DNA of 64,000 nt from Chloroflexota bacterium (GTDB lineage: Bacteria; Chloroflexota; Limnocylindria; Limnocylindrales; CSP1-4), in NCBI GenBank assembly GCA_013698095.1, contig JACCVQ010000133.1, forward strand, positions 2,596 through 66,595, written 5' to 3'. This document shows, in pieces, positions 41,634 to 49,546 of the stretch. The translations under genes and the position numbers were made by a program. The notes under the pieces were generated by a model that was given only the letters and a program-made list of their open reading frames with translations, did not search any database and was not told where the DNA came from. Numbering within the stretch: position 1 is the first letter of the stretch; each line of letters begins with the position of its first letter.

Positions 41634-43426
41634 GGCTCGCCGACTACGTCATGCAACGGGTCGCGGACGCCGGCGTCGGGCATGTCTTCATGGTCCCGGG
41701 CGGCGGCGCGATGCACCTGAACGATGCGCTGGGCCTGTGCAAGGACCTCGAGTTCGTGTCCACCCTGCACGAACAGGCTGCAGCGATCGCGGCCGAGGCC
41801 TATGCCCGCGTCACGAACAACCTGGGAGTCGCGCTCGTCACGACCGGACCGGGTGGCACGAATGCGATCACCGGCGTAGCCGGCGCCTGGTTGGAGTCGA
41901 CCCCGTGCCTGATCCTGTCCGGCCAGGTCAAGCGTGCGGATCTGAAGGGTGTCCTCGGCGTCCGCCAGCTTGGCCCGCAAGAGGTCGACATCGTCTCGAT
42001 CGTCACGCCGATTACCAAGTACGCGGTCACGGTGATGGATCCGCTGGCGATCGGCTTCGAGCTGGACAAGGCGCTCCACCTAGCCCGGACGGGCAGGCCA
42101 GGCCCGGTCTGGCTCGACATTCCCCTGGACGTCCAGGGTGCGCAGATCGACCCGGCCGTGCTGGAGCGCTACGACCCAGGGTCCGCGGAATCGATTCCCG
42201 TCGATGTCGCCGGCCAGATCGAGCGAACGATCGAATTACTGAACGCCGCCAAACGACCCGTCCTGCTCGTGGGCAATGGGGTCCGGCTCGCTGGCGCCGG
42301 CAACGCCTTGCTCCATTTCGTCGATGCCCTGGACATCCCGGTCCTCGCGACGTGGATGGGCGCGGACCTGCTGTGGGAGACGCACCCGCGGTACTTTGGC
42401 AAGCCCGGGACCGTAGCTTCGCGAGGTGCCAACTACACCCTCCAGAACGCCGATCTCCTCCTGTCGATCGGAGCCCGGCTCGATGTTCCCGTCACGGGCT
42501 TCGATCGCACCCAATTCGCTCGCGCGGCCCAGGTCATCGTCGTGGACATCGACCCGACTGAGATTAACAAGCTGGGCGCCGTCGTCGATCTCCCGGTGTG
42601 TGCCGACGCAGGGACGTTCATCTCGGGCGTTCTCGAGCGTTCCCGAACGATCGCCGCCGTGGACCGATCGGCCTGGCTCGAACGCTGTACCGAGTGGAAG
42701 AGCCGCTATCCCGTGATCCTGCCCGAGTACTGGGAGCGGGCCGACTTCGTCAACACCTATGCCTTCTCCAGCGTGCTGGCTGACGAGCTCGACGGCGACG
42801 ACCTGATCATCCCAGGCAGCTCCGGGGTCGGGATCGATACGTTCTGGCTCGCGTTCGCCGTGAAGCAGGGGCAGCGACTGTTCAGCACTGGCGGCCTCGG
42901 TGCGATGGGCTTCGGCCTGCCGGCCAGCATCGGCGGATGCCTCGCGAGCGGTCGCAAGCGGACGATCAGCGTCGATGGGGATGGCGGCTTCCAGCTGAAC
43001 ATCCAGGAGCTGGAAACGGTCGTACGCCTCGACTTGCCGATCAAGTTCTTCGTCATCAACAACGACGGCTACGCCTCGATCCGGGCGAGCCAGAACAACC
43101 ACTTTCACGGGAATCTGGTCGGCTCCGACGCATCGAGCGGCTTGACCCTGCCCGACCTGATGAAGATCGGCGCGGCCTACGGCATCGCCACGGAACGCAT
43201 CACCGAGAACGCGGGCCTCAAGGCCAGCATACGCGCAGTGCTGGATCGACCCGGACCCGTGCTCTGCGAGGTCGTAGTCGCGCCGGACCAGGCGATCGGG
43301 CCGCGCGTTTCGTCGGTACTCCGGCCGGATGGCACCATCGTAAGCCGACCGCTCGAGGACCTGTGGCCGTTCTTAGAACGTGACGAGCTTCGCTCGAACA
43401 TGCTGATTCCGACCCTCGATGAGTAA
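41630..43426 (+). CDS. thiamine-diphosphate-dependent enzyme, acetolactate-synthase large-subunit-like (YerE-like candidate)
   Basis: GTGA overlap with the upstream stop. Contains GVGHVFMVPGGGAMHLNDAL, HEQAAAIAAEAYARV, VTTGPGGTNAITGVAGAWLESTPCLILSGQV, GLGAMGFGLPASIG and DGDGGFQLNIQELET...NNDGY. Confidence 0.85.
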   Translation: MRLADYVMQRVADAGVGHVFMVPGGGAMHLNDALGLCKDLEFVSTLHEQAAAIAAEAYARVTNNLGVALVTTGPGGTNAITGVAGAWLESTPCLILSGQVKRADLKGVLGVRQLGPQEVDIVSIVTPITKYAVTVMDPLAIGFELDKALHLARTGRPGPVWLDIPLDVQGAQIDPAVLERYDPGSAESIPVDVAGQIERTIELLNAAKRPVLLVGNGVRLAGAGNALLHFVDALDIPVLATWMGADLLWETHPRYFGKPGTVASRGANYTLQNADLLLSIGARLDVPVTGFDRTQFARAAQVIVVDIDPTEINKLGAVVDLPVCADAGTFISGVLERSRTIAAVDRSAWLERCTEWKSRYPVILPEYWERADFVNTYAFSSVLADELDGDDLIIPGSSGVGIDTFWLAFAVKQGQRLFSTGGLGAMGFGLPASIGGCLASGRKRTISVDGDGGFQLNIQELETVVRLDLPIKFFVINNDGYASIRASQNNHFHGNLVGSDASSGLTLPDLMKIGAAYGIATERITENAGLKASIRAVLDRPGPVLCEVVVAPDQAIGPRVSSVLRPDGTIVSRPLEDLWPFLERDELRSNMLIPTLDE

Positions 43427-43444
43427 CCTTGGCAACGAACGAGC

Positions 43445-44290
43445 ATGACCAGGATCGGCATCATGCAGGGACGACTCGTGCCCCCGCTGGGCGGCCGCTT
43501 CCAGTGCTTTCCGCGCGATGGCTGGGCCGGCGAGTTCGCGTTCGCGGCCGCTGCGGGAGTGGACACGATCGAATGGATCTACGACGAGTTCGGGGCGGAC
43601 GTCAACCCAATCGCAAACGACGACGGGATCGACGCGATGCAACAGCTCTCGGATCGCCATGGCGTCCGGGTCGTGTCGCTCTGCGCCGACGTCTTCATGG
43701 ATCGCCCGCTCGTTCGAGCTAGCCAACCCCAGCTGGAGGAGCGGATCGGCGTCCTGATCTGGCTGATCGATCGCGCCCGACAGGTCGGCATCGGGCGGAT
43801 CGTGCTGCCCTTCGTCGACATTTCGAGCATCGAGACCGATCCCGAGTTCGAGCAGGTCGTCGATACGATCCTGGGCGTCGTGCCCCGGGCACAGGAGGCT
43901 GACGTCGAGCTCCATCTCGAGACGTCCCTCGGCCCGGACCGGTTCGCCGCGCTCCTGGCGCGACTGCCTCCGGGGGTCGTCAAGGTCAACTACGACATCG
44001 GCAACAGCGCTTCGCTCGGGTACGACCCGCTCGAGGAGCTGGCGGCGTACGGCGATCGCGTCGGGAGCGTCCACGTCAAGGATCGGGTCCGAGGCGGAAG
44101 CACCGTCCCGCTCGGGTCAGGCGACGCTGATCTGCCAGCGGTCTTCGATCGCCTGCGAGAGTTGCAGTACGCAGGCGACTACGTCCTGCAGGTCGCGCGT
44201 GGGGAGCCCGGCGACGAGGTCCGCTGGGCCCAGCGAAATCGCGAGCTCGTCCAGCAGTATCTGGCGGCTCCGGGGGCGAGCGGCCCATGA
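43445..44290 (+). CDS. xylose-isomerase-like TIM-barrel protein (sugar-phosphate isomerase/epimerase family)
   Basis: Contains RIGIMQGRL, AGVDTIEW, VVSLCADVFM, LHLET, NYDIGN and SVHVKD, the motif spacing typical of the AP_endonuc_2 family. Confidence 0.72.
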   Translation: MTRIGIMQGRLVPPLGGRFQCFPRDGWAGEFAFAAAAGVDTIEWIYDEFGADVNPIANDDGIDAMQQLSDRHGVRVVSLCADVFMDRPLVRASQPQLEERIGVLIWLIDRARQVGIGRIVLPFVDISSIETDPEFEQVVDTILGVVPRAQEADVELHLETSLGPDRFAALLARLPPGVVKVNYDIGNSASLGYDPLEELAAYGDRVGSVHVKDRVRGGSTVPLGSGDADLPAVFDRLRELQYAGDYVLQVARGEPGDEVRWAQRNRELVQQYLAAPGASGP

Positions 44291-45336
44291 AGCTTCTGGT
44301 GGCCGGTCTCGGCGGCATCGGCCAACGCCACGTCCGGAACCTGCGGACGCTGTTGGGCCCCGAAGCCGAGATCCTCGCCTATCGCGTGCGACGGGACTCG
44401 CCGACGCTCACCGACAGCCTCGGTGTCGAGCCCGGCGCTGAGGTGGACGAGAAGTACGGCCTCAAGGTCATCACCGACCTGGACGCCGCGCTCGGTGAAG
44501 GGCCGGATGCGGTGCTCATCTGCAATCCGAGCAGCCTTCACCTGTCCATCGCGCTGAAGGCCGCCCATGCCGGCGCGGCGATGTTTGTGGAAAAGCCCCT
44601 CTCCAACGACCTCGCCGGGGTCGCGGAGCTCGTCGACCTGGTCGAGAGCAGGCGGCTGGTCGGCCTCGTCGGGTACCAGATGCGGTTTCACCCGGGTCTG
44701 CGCCGCGCCCACGAGCTCCTCGAGGCCGGGGCGATCGGCCGCGTCGTCGCCGTCAGGATCGAGGTCGGCGAATACCTGCCGGGATGGCACACGTATGAGG
44801 ATTACCGCCAGATGTACGCCTCGCGGGCAGACCTCGGCGGGGGCGTCGTCCTGTCCCAGATCCACGAGCTGGATTACGTCTACTGGCTGTTCGGGATGCC
44901 ACGCCGGGTCTTCGCTCTCGGCGGTCATCTCACGCGGCTGGAGGTGGACGTCGAGGACACGGCCAGCATCCTGCTGGAGTGCACCGTCGATGGGCGGGCC
45001 ATCCCGGTCCACGTCCACCAGGACTACATTCAGCGGCCTCCGAGCCGGACCTGCGAGATCATCGGCGATGCGGGCAAGATTCTGATCGACCTTCGCCAGG
45101 TGACACTGACCGTGTTCGGCGTAGAAGGGACCATGACGGAGTCGACGGCCAACCCGGACTTTGCACGAAACCAGCTCTTCCTCGACGAGATGACCCACTT
45201 CCTTGCTTGCCTCGAGGGCCGGGAGACGCCGAGCGTCACGATTCGCGACGGGGCGCGGAGCCTTGCGATCGCCCTGGCGGCCAAGGAGTCCATCGCGACG
45301 GGACAGGTCGTTGAACTCTCGCAGGCCGGCCTGTGA
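44287..45336 (+). CDS. Gfo/Idh/MocA family NAD(P)-dependent oxidoreductase
   Basis: ATGA overlap. Contains MKLLVAGLGGIGQRHVRNL, VLICNPSSLHLSIALKAAHAGAAMFVEKPL, GYQMRFHP and SQIHELDYVYWLFG. Confidence 0.85.
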   Translation: MKLLVAGLGGIGQRHVRNLRTLLGPEAEILAYRVRRDSPTLTDSLGVEPGAEVDEKYGLKVITDLDAALGEGPDAVLICNPSSLHLSIALKAAHAGAAMFVEKPLSNDLAGVAELVDLVESRRLVGLVGYQMRFHPGLRRAHELLEAGAIGRVVAVRIEVGEYLPGWHTYEDYRQMYASRADLGGGVVLSQIHELDYVYWLFGMPRRVFALGGHLTRLEVDVEDTASILLECTVDGRAIPVHVHQDYIQRPPSRTCEIIGDAGKILIDLRQVTLTVFGVEGTMTESTANPDFARNQLFLDEMTHFLACLEGRETPSVTIRDGARSLAIALAAKESIATGQVVELSQAGL

Positions 45337-46163
45337 TGCGACCAAACGATCTCTTCGACCTGTCGGGCAGGGTCGTGGTCGTCACGGGAGGCGCCGGGTT
45401 GCTCGGTCAGCGGCACGGGGAGGCGGTCGCCGGCGCGGGCGGCATCCCCGTTCTGGCCGACCTTCGAACGGATCGGCTCGACCCCGCCCACGCGGGCTTC
45501 GCTGCGCGGTTCGGGCCACAGGCCTCGGTCGTCGGCGTCGACATCACCGATCCGCGGAGTGTCGAGTCGCTGCTCCAGACCGTCCTGGGCACATATGGTC
45601 GAGTCGACGTCCTGATCAACAACGCGGCGAACAATCCGAAGATGGAGCCTGGGTCGGACGTCGAGTTCTCCCGCCTCGAGTCCTTCCCGTTGGCGCAGTG
45701 GCAGGCGGACATCGCCGTCGGTCTCACGGGATCGTTCCTGTGCAGCCGAGAAATCGGTGCTGAGATGGCGAAGCGGGGGCGCGGTGTCATCGTCAACGTC
45801 GCTTCCGATCTTGCGCTGATCGGCCCCGACCAACGGCTGTACCGGAAGGACGGGCTCGCCGAGGACCTGCAGCCGGTCAAGCCCGTAACGTACTCCGTCG
45901 TCAAGTCGGGGCTCATCGGCCTGACGCGCTACCTCGCAACGTACTGGGCGAGCGCAGGCGTTCGCGTGAACGCGATCTCGCCAGGCGGCGTCTACACCGA
46001 CCAGACGGAGGACTTCGTCCAGCGTCTCTCGAGCCTCATCCCTATGGGGCGCATGGCCAACGTCGACGAGTACGCAGGAGCGATTCTGTTCCTTTGCTCC
46101 GACGCCTCGTCGTACATGACCGGCGCCAACCTCGTCGTGGATGGGGGCCGGACCGCCTGGTGA
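45333..46163 (+). CDS. classical short-chain dehydrogenase/reductase
   Basis: Contains VVVVTGGAGLLGQ, INNAANN, VNVASDLALIG, YSVVKSG (Y-x3-K), and RVNAISPGGV. Confidence 0.85.
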   Translation: MMRPNDLFDLSGRVVVVTGGAGLLGQRHGEAVAGAGGIPVLADLRTDRLDPAHAGFAARFGPQASVVGVDITDPRSVESLLQTVLGTYGRVDVLINNAANNPKMEPGSDVEFSRLESFPLAQWQADIAVGLTGSFLCSREIGAEMAKRGRGVIVNVASDLALIGPDQRLYRKDGLAEDLQPVKPVTYSVVKSGLIGLTRYLATYWASAGVRVNAISPGGVYTDQTEDFVQRLSSLIPMGRMANVDEYAGAILFLCSDASSYMTGANLVVDGGRTAW

Positions 46164-46193
46164 AGACCCGGACCACCTCTTGGTGTCGCTCCC

Positions 46194-47420
46194 GTGAGTG
46201 ACGTCGGGCCTACCCCCTCCTCTCGAGGCCCGGCCGGAACCAGCGATTCCCTGGCGGCTCTGCTCGACCACGATCCGGAGGACTGGCGCTCGGCGCTGGA
46301 CCGGCGCTACGCAGTCCTCGACGACGTCCTGGACGGCCGACGGAGTGCGATCGTCTACCCGGCCGCCCGGCTCGGCAGGGACGTGGTGCCTCAGTTGACG
46401 GCGCTCGGGGTGCTGGTCGCGGCGTACGGCGACCGCGACCCGAGCGTGCATGGCGGCGCGGTCGACGGGCTGCCGGTTCTCTCGCCGGCGCGGGTCGCGG
46501 TTCGCCACCAGGCGGACGTCATTCTCGTGGCGAGCACGATGTACGACTCGGCGATTCGTGAAGACCTCGAGTCGCGGGGATGCCAGCATGTGATCCCATT
46601 TGGCTACCTCAACCTGCGTCTGCCGCACATCTTCCGGACGCGCGAGTACGACGGCGCTTGGAAAGGCGCGCTCGACCCGACCAATCGACCCGACATCGAG
46701 GCGGCGCATGCGCTGCTCGGCGACCTGGAGTCGCGAACGGTGTTCGAAGGAAAGCTCGGGTACTACCTGGCCCGCGACAAGGCGAACATCGACGGCATCC
46801 GATCGACCAACACGATCTATTTCGACCGCAGCGTCCACGCCCTGAACCCCGAGGAGGTCGTCGTCGACGGCGGCGCCTTCGTCGGGGACACGTTGTCGTC
46901 CTTCGTGGGCGAGAGCGCAGGCCGCTTTCGCGCCTACTACGCCTTCGAACCGGATCCTGTGAGCTTCGATCGCCTCGAAGTGGAGGCGGCACGCGACCCG
47001 GCGCGAGTCACGGCCGTCCGGGCAGGTCTGGCCCGCCAGACCTCCAGCGCCCGTCTGCTGAGCACGCATGGGGCCGACGCACGCTTCCTGGGCGCCGAGG
47101 AATCCGGCGGAGACGAGGTCCCGGTCGTCGGCCTCGACGAGTACTTCGCAAAACGGCGTCCCCCAACGCTGATCAAGATGGACATCGAGGGCGCTGAGGC
47201 GGATGCGCTGCACGGAGCGGCGCGCATCATCGCGGCGGTTCGGCCGAAGCTCGCGATCTCCGCCTACCATTATCCGACCGATCTCTGGCGGATCCCGCTT
47301 CTCCTGCAGCGGCTGATGCCCGATAGCCGACTCTACCTCCGCCACTACACGCGGGAGGTCGACGACACCGTGTGCTATGCGATCCCGGGGGACAAGTCCT
47401 TTCAGCCACTGGTGGGGTGA
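46194..47420 (+). CDS. FkbM-family SAM-dependent methyltransferase with N-terminal Rossmann-like module
   Basis: GTG start. The C-terminal half reads [12 protein letters not shown]...AFEPDPVSF...[14 protein letters not shown]...PKLAISAYH, which are FkbM motifs. The N-terminal module reads [17 protein letters not shown]...[24 protein letters not shown]...ILVAS. Confidence 0.8.
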   Translation: MSDVGPTPSSRGPAGTSDSLAALLDHDPEDWRSALDRRYAVLDDVLDGRRSAIVYPAARLGRDVVPQLTALGVLVAAYGDRDPSVHGGAVDGLPVLSPARVAVRHQADVILVASTMYDSAIREDLESRGCQHVIPFGYLNLRLPHIFRTREYDGAWKGALDPTNRPDIEAAHALLGDLESRTVFEGKLGYYLARDKANIDGIRSTNTIYFDRSVHALNPEEVVVDGGAFVGDTLSSFVGESAGRFRAYYAFEPDPVSFDRLEVEAARDPARVTAVRAGLARQTSSARLLSTHGADARFLGAEESGGDEVPVVGLDEYFAKRRPPTLIKMDIEGAEADALHGAARIIAAVRPKLAISAYHYPTDLWRIPLLLQRLMPDSRLYLRHYTREVDDTVCYAIPGDKSFQPLVG

Positions 47421-47990
47421 TGGGTATCGAAGACGAACTGGCTACGCATGTGGCCGCGGTCCAGGGGATGGTCGCGAGGTCGTCGAACGTGATCGCCGAG
47501 ATCGTGGCTCGTCTCTGTCCTGCTTCGAGCACGGCGGCAAGCTCCTGATCTGCGGCAACGGCGGAAGCGCGGCAGACGCACTGCACTTCGCGGCCGAGTT
47601 CATGACCGATTCCGGATCGACCGCCAGCCATGGCCGGCGATCGCACTCTCGACCGATACGTCGGTGCTGACCTCGATCGCGAACGACGCTGCCTTTGACG
47701 ACGTGTTCGGCCGGCAGGTTCAGGCTCTCGGGCGCCCCGGTTACGTGCTGATCGGCTTGTCGACGAGCGCACGGTCAGCGAATGTCCTCGCCGCGCTGCG
47801 AGCGGGCCGCGAGCGCGGCCTGGTGATGATCGGCTTCACCGGCGAGGCACGATCGGAGGCGATGTCCGGAACCTGCGATCTCCTCCTCGCGGTGCCCTCC
47901 GAAGACACGGCCGGGATCCAGGAGTGCCACGAGTTCGTGTACCACGTGGTCGCCGGAATGGTCGAAGCGCGGCTTCATGGGCGCCCATGA
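47420..47990 (+). pseudogene. gmhA: SIS-domain phosphoheptose-isomerase-like gene (GmhA/DiaA type) interrupted by two frameshifts
   Basis: Frame 1 runs from ATG 47420 (TGATG overlap with the fkbM stop): [32 protein letters not shown], then stops at about 47545. Frame 2 (ORF 47377..47670) carries [27 protein letters not shown]. Frame 3 (ORF 47664..47990) carries [58 protein letters not shown]...GFTG...IQECHEFVYHVV. Together the three pieces reconstitute a colinear GmhA-like protein of about 190 aa. Confidence 0.7.
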
Positions 47991-48021
47991 TCGATCGGCT
48001 CTGGGGGGTCGACCACGGGAA

Positions 48022-48990
48022 TCAGTCGAAGTTGATCCGTTCCTTCTCTACGACGAGGGGTCGTTTGTGGACCTGGGTGTGGATGGCGCCGATGTACTCG
48101 CCGAGCATGCCGATGAAAAAGAGTTGCACGGCACCGAAGAAGTAGATCCCGATCAGAAGTGGTGCCAATCCCAATTGAAGGTCATCCCAAAACAGCAACT
48201 TCGCCACGAGGTAGCCGAGCGCGATGATCAGGCTCAACACGGAAATGGCGAAGCCCGCCATGGTGGCCAGCCTTAGTGGCACCTTGGAGTGATTCGTCAC
48301 ACCGAGCATCGCGACGTCATAGAGACTGAAGAAGTCGTTCTTCGTCCTGCCACTGTGACGGGCCGGCTGGGCGTAGGAGACTTCAGCTCGCTCGTATCCG
48401 AAATCGCTGACGAGGCCCCGGAAGTAGGGATATTGCTCTTCGGTTCCACGGAACTTCTCGATAACGTCGCGGTCGTAGAGACCGAACCCAGTGAAGTTGT
48501 GGACGAGTTCGACGTCTGAAGAGAGCCGGCCGACGAGCCAGTAGTAGAACTTCCGCGTTCGCAGCATCAGCCACGAGTCCTTCGTGCCCTGCTTCACACC
48601 GATAACGACCCTGTACCCCTCCTGCCACTTCTGGACGAACTGGGGGATGAGTTCAGGAGGATCCTGCAAGTCCGCGACGCAGCTCATGACAGCATCGCCG
48701 CGGGCCTGAAGGAATGCGTGGTACGGCGAGCGAATGTGGCCGAAGTTGCGGGTGTTGACAATGACCTTGACGTGATGGTCGGTCGCCGCCAGTTCGCGCA
48801 GGATCTCGACTGTCTTGTCGGTCGAGGCATTGTCGATGAACAGGTGGTCGTAGTCGTAGCCGGGGATGGTCTGCATCGCGGCTTTGACCTGCCGATGGAC
48901 CTCGCGGACGTTCCCTTCTTCGTTGTAGCAGGGCGTGAGGATCGTCAGCAGGGGCACGGCGGTTCCTCTCGGGCCTTGGGCATGCGTCAA
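48022..48990 (-). CDS. GT2 polyprenyl-phosphate glycosyltransferase with C-terminal TM pair (GtrB / ArnC-like)
   Basis: ORF 48022..49296 was trimmed. The start is TTG 48990 (TTGA overlap with the gtrA-like stop) or GTG 48957 (preceded by GAGAGGAA). Contains LLTILTPCYNEEGNV, FIDNASTDKT, SCVADLQDPPELI and GFGLYDR. The C-terminus has two TM helices, ending in GMLGEYIGAIH. GC is visibly lower than in the flanks. Confidence 0.85.
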   Translation of the reverse strand: MTHAQGPRGTAVPLLTILTPCYNEEGNVREVHRQVKAAMQTIPGYDYDHLFIDNASTDKTVEILRELAATDHHVKVIVNTRNFGHIRSPYHAFLQARGDAVMSCVADLQDPPELIPQFVQKWQEGYRVVIGVKQGTKDSWLMLRTRKFYYWLVGRLSSDVELVHNFTGFGLYDRDVIEKFRGTEEQYPYFRGLVSDFGYERAEVSYAQPARHSGRTKNDFFSLYDVAMLGVTNHSKVPLRLATMAGFAISVLSLIIALGYLVAKLLFWDDLQLGLAPLLIGIYFFGAVQLFFIGMLGEYIGAIHTQVHKRPLVVEKERINFD

Positions 48991-49532
48991 TCCTCCGACA
49001 CGGCAGGGGGATCGTAGAAGGGCGTCGCGGGTTCGTCCCTGTGACGAGCGCCACCGAAGCTGTAGTACCGATGGGTCAGATAGCTCGCGACGATCACGAC
49101 CACTGTGAGAAGCGCCTGGACGACGTAGATGCTGAACGGCAGCACCGCCAGAAGGATCGGCAGCGCGACGAGGCCGACGATGAGACTCGTGACGTACACG
49201 AGCGAGAAACGCGGGAGCTCTCGCAGGATCGAGCCGCGGCTTCGGAAGACCAGGTAGCGGTACCCAAGGTACGCGTTGAGCACTGCGATCGGCCAAGCGA
49301 TCACCACGATCACGAGGTAGTGGAGGCGCTCGCCGAGGAGGAACTGGAGCAGGGCCCAGACCCCATACCCGAAGGCCGTGTTCCAGCCGCCGACGACGAG
49401 ATACAGCAGCTGCTCGCGGCGGCGGAGGTAGAAACGAACGGGTAGCCCGAGCGCACGATGGCCCCTGAGTCCATCGAGGCGTTTGTCGATCCGGCTCGGC
49501 GTCCCGGGCGCTGTGGGCTGCACGGCCACCAT
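48987..49532 (-). CDS. GtrA-family small membrane protein (lipid-linked sugar translocase-like)
   Basis: ORF 48987..49763 was trimmed to ATG 49532. It has four hydrophobic helices, with LLYLVVGGWNTAFGYGVWALLQFLL and YLGYRYLVFRS. It lies immediately upstream of the GtrB-like gene. Confidence 0.78.
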   Translation of the reverse strand: MVAVQPTAPGTPSRIDKRLDGLRGHRALGLPVRFYLRRREQLLYLVVGGWNTAFGYGVWALLQFLLGERLHYLVIVVIAWPIAVLNAYLGYRYLVFRSRGSILRELPRFSLVYVTSLIVGLVALPILLAVLPFSIYVVQALLTVVVIVASYLTHRYYSFGGARHRDEPATPFYDPPAVSED

Positions 49533-49546
49533 CCTACGCGCAGCGG

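Noticed and set aside
45030-47345. 771-aa minus-strand ORF
   Set aside because: It is antisense to clear SDR and FkbM methyltransferase genes, and its composition (Arg/Asp/Val/Gly) and lack of motifs indicate a shadow ORF. The same reasoning applies to 17219..19321, 5559..6839, 32134..33546, 37010..38482, 26861..28180, 44179..45345 and 28742..29971 on the minus strand.
48022-49532. Prophage or integrative element carrying the gtrAB-like cassette
   Set aside because: There is no integrase, excisionase, tRNA attachment site, flanking direct repeats or phage structural genes in the window. Only the lower GC hints at foreign origin, so it is reported as a finding rather than as a mobile element feature.
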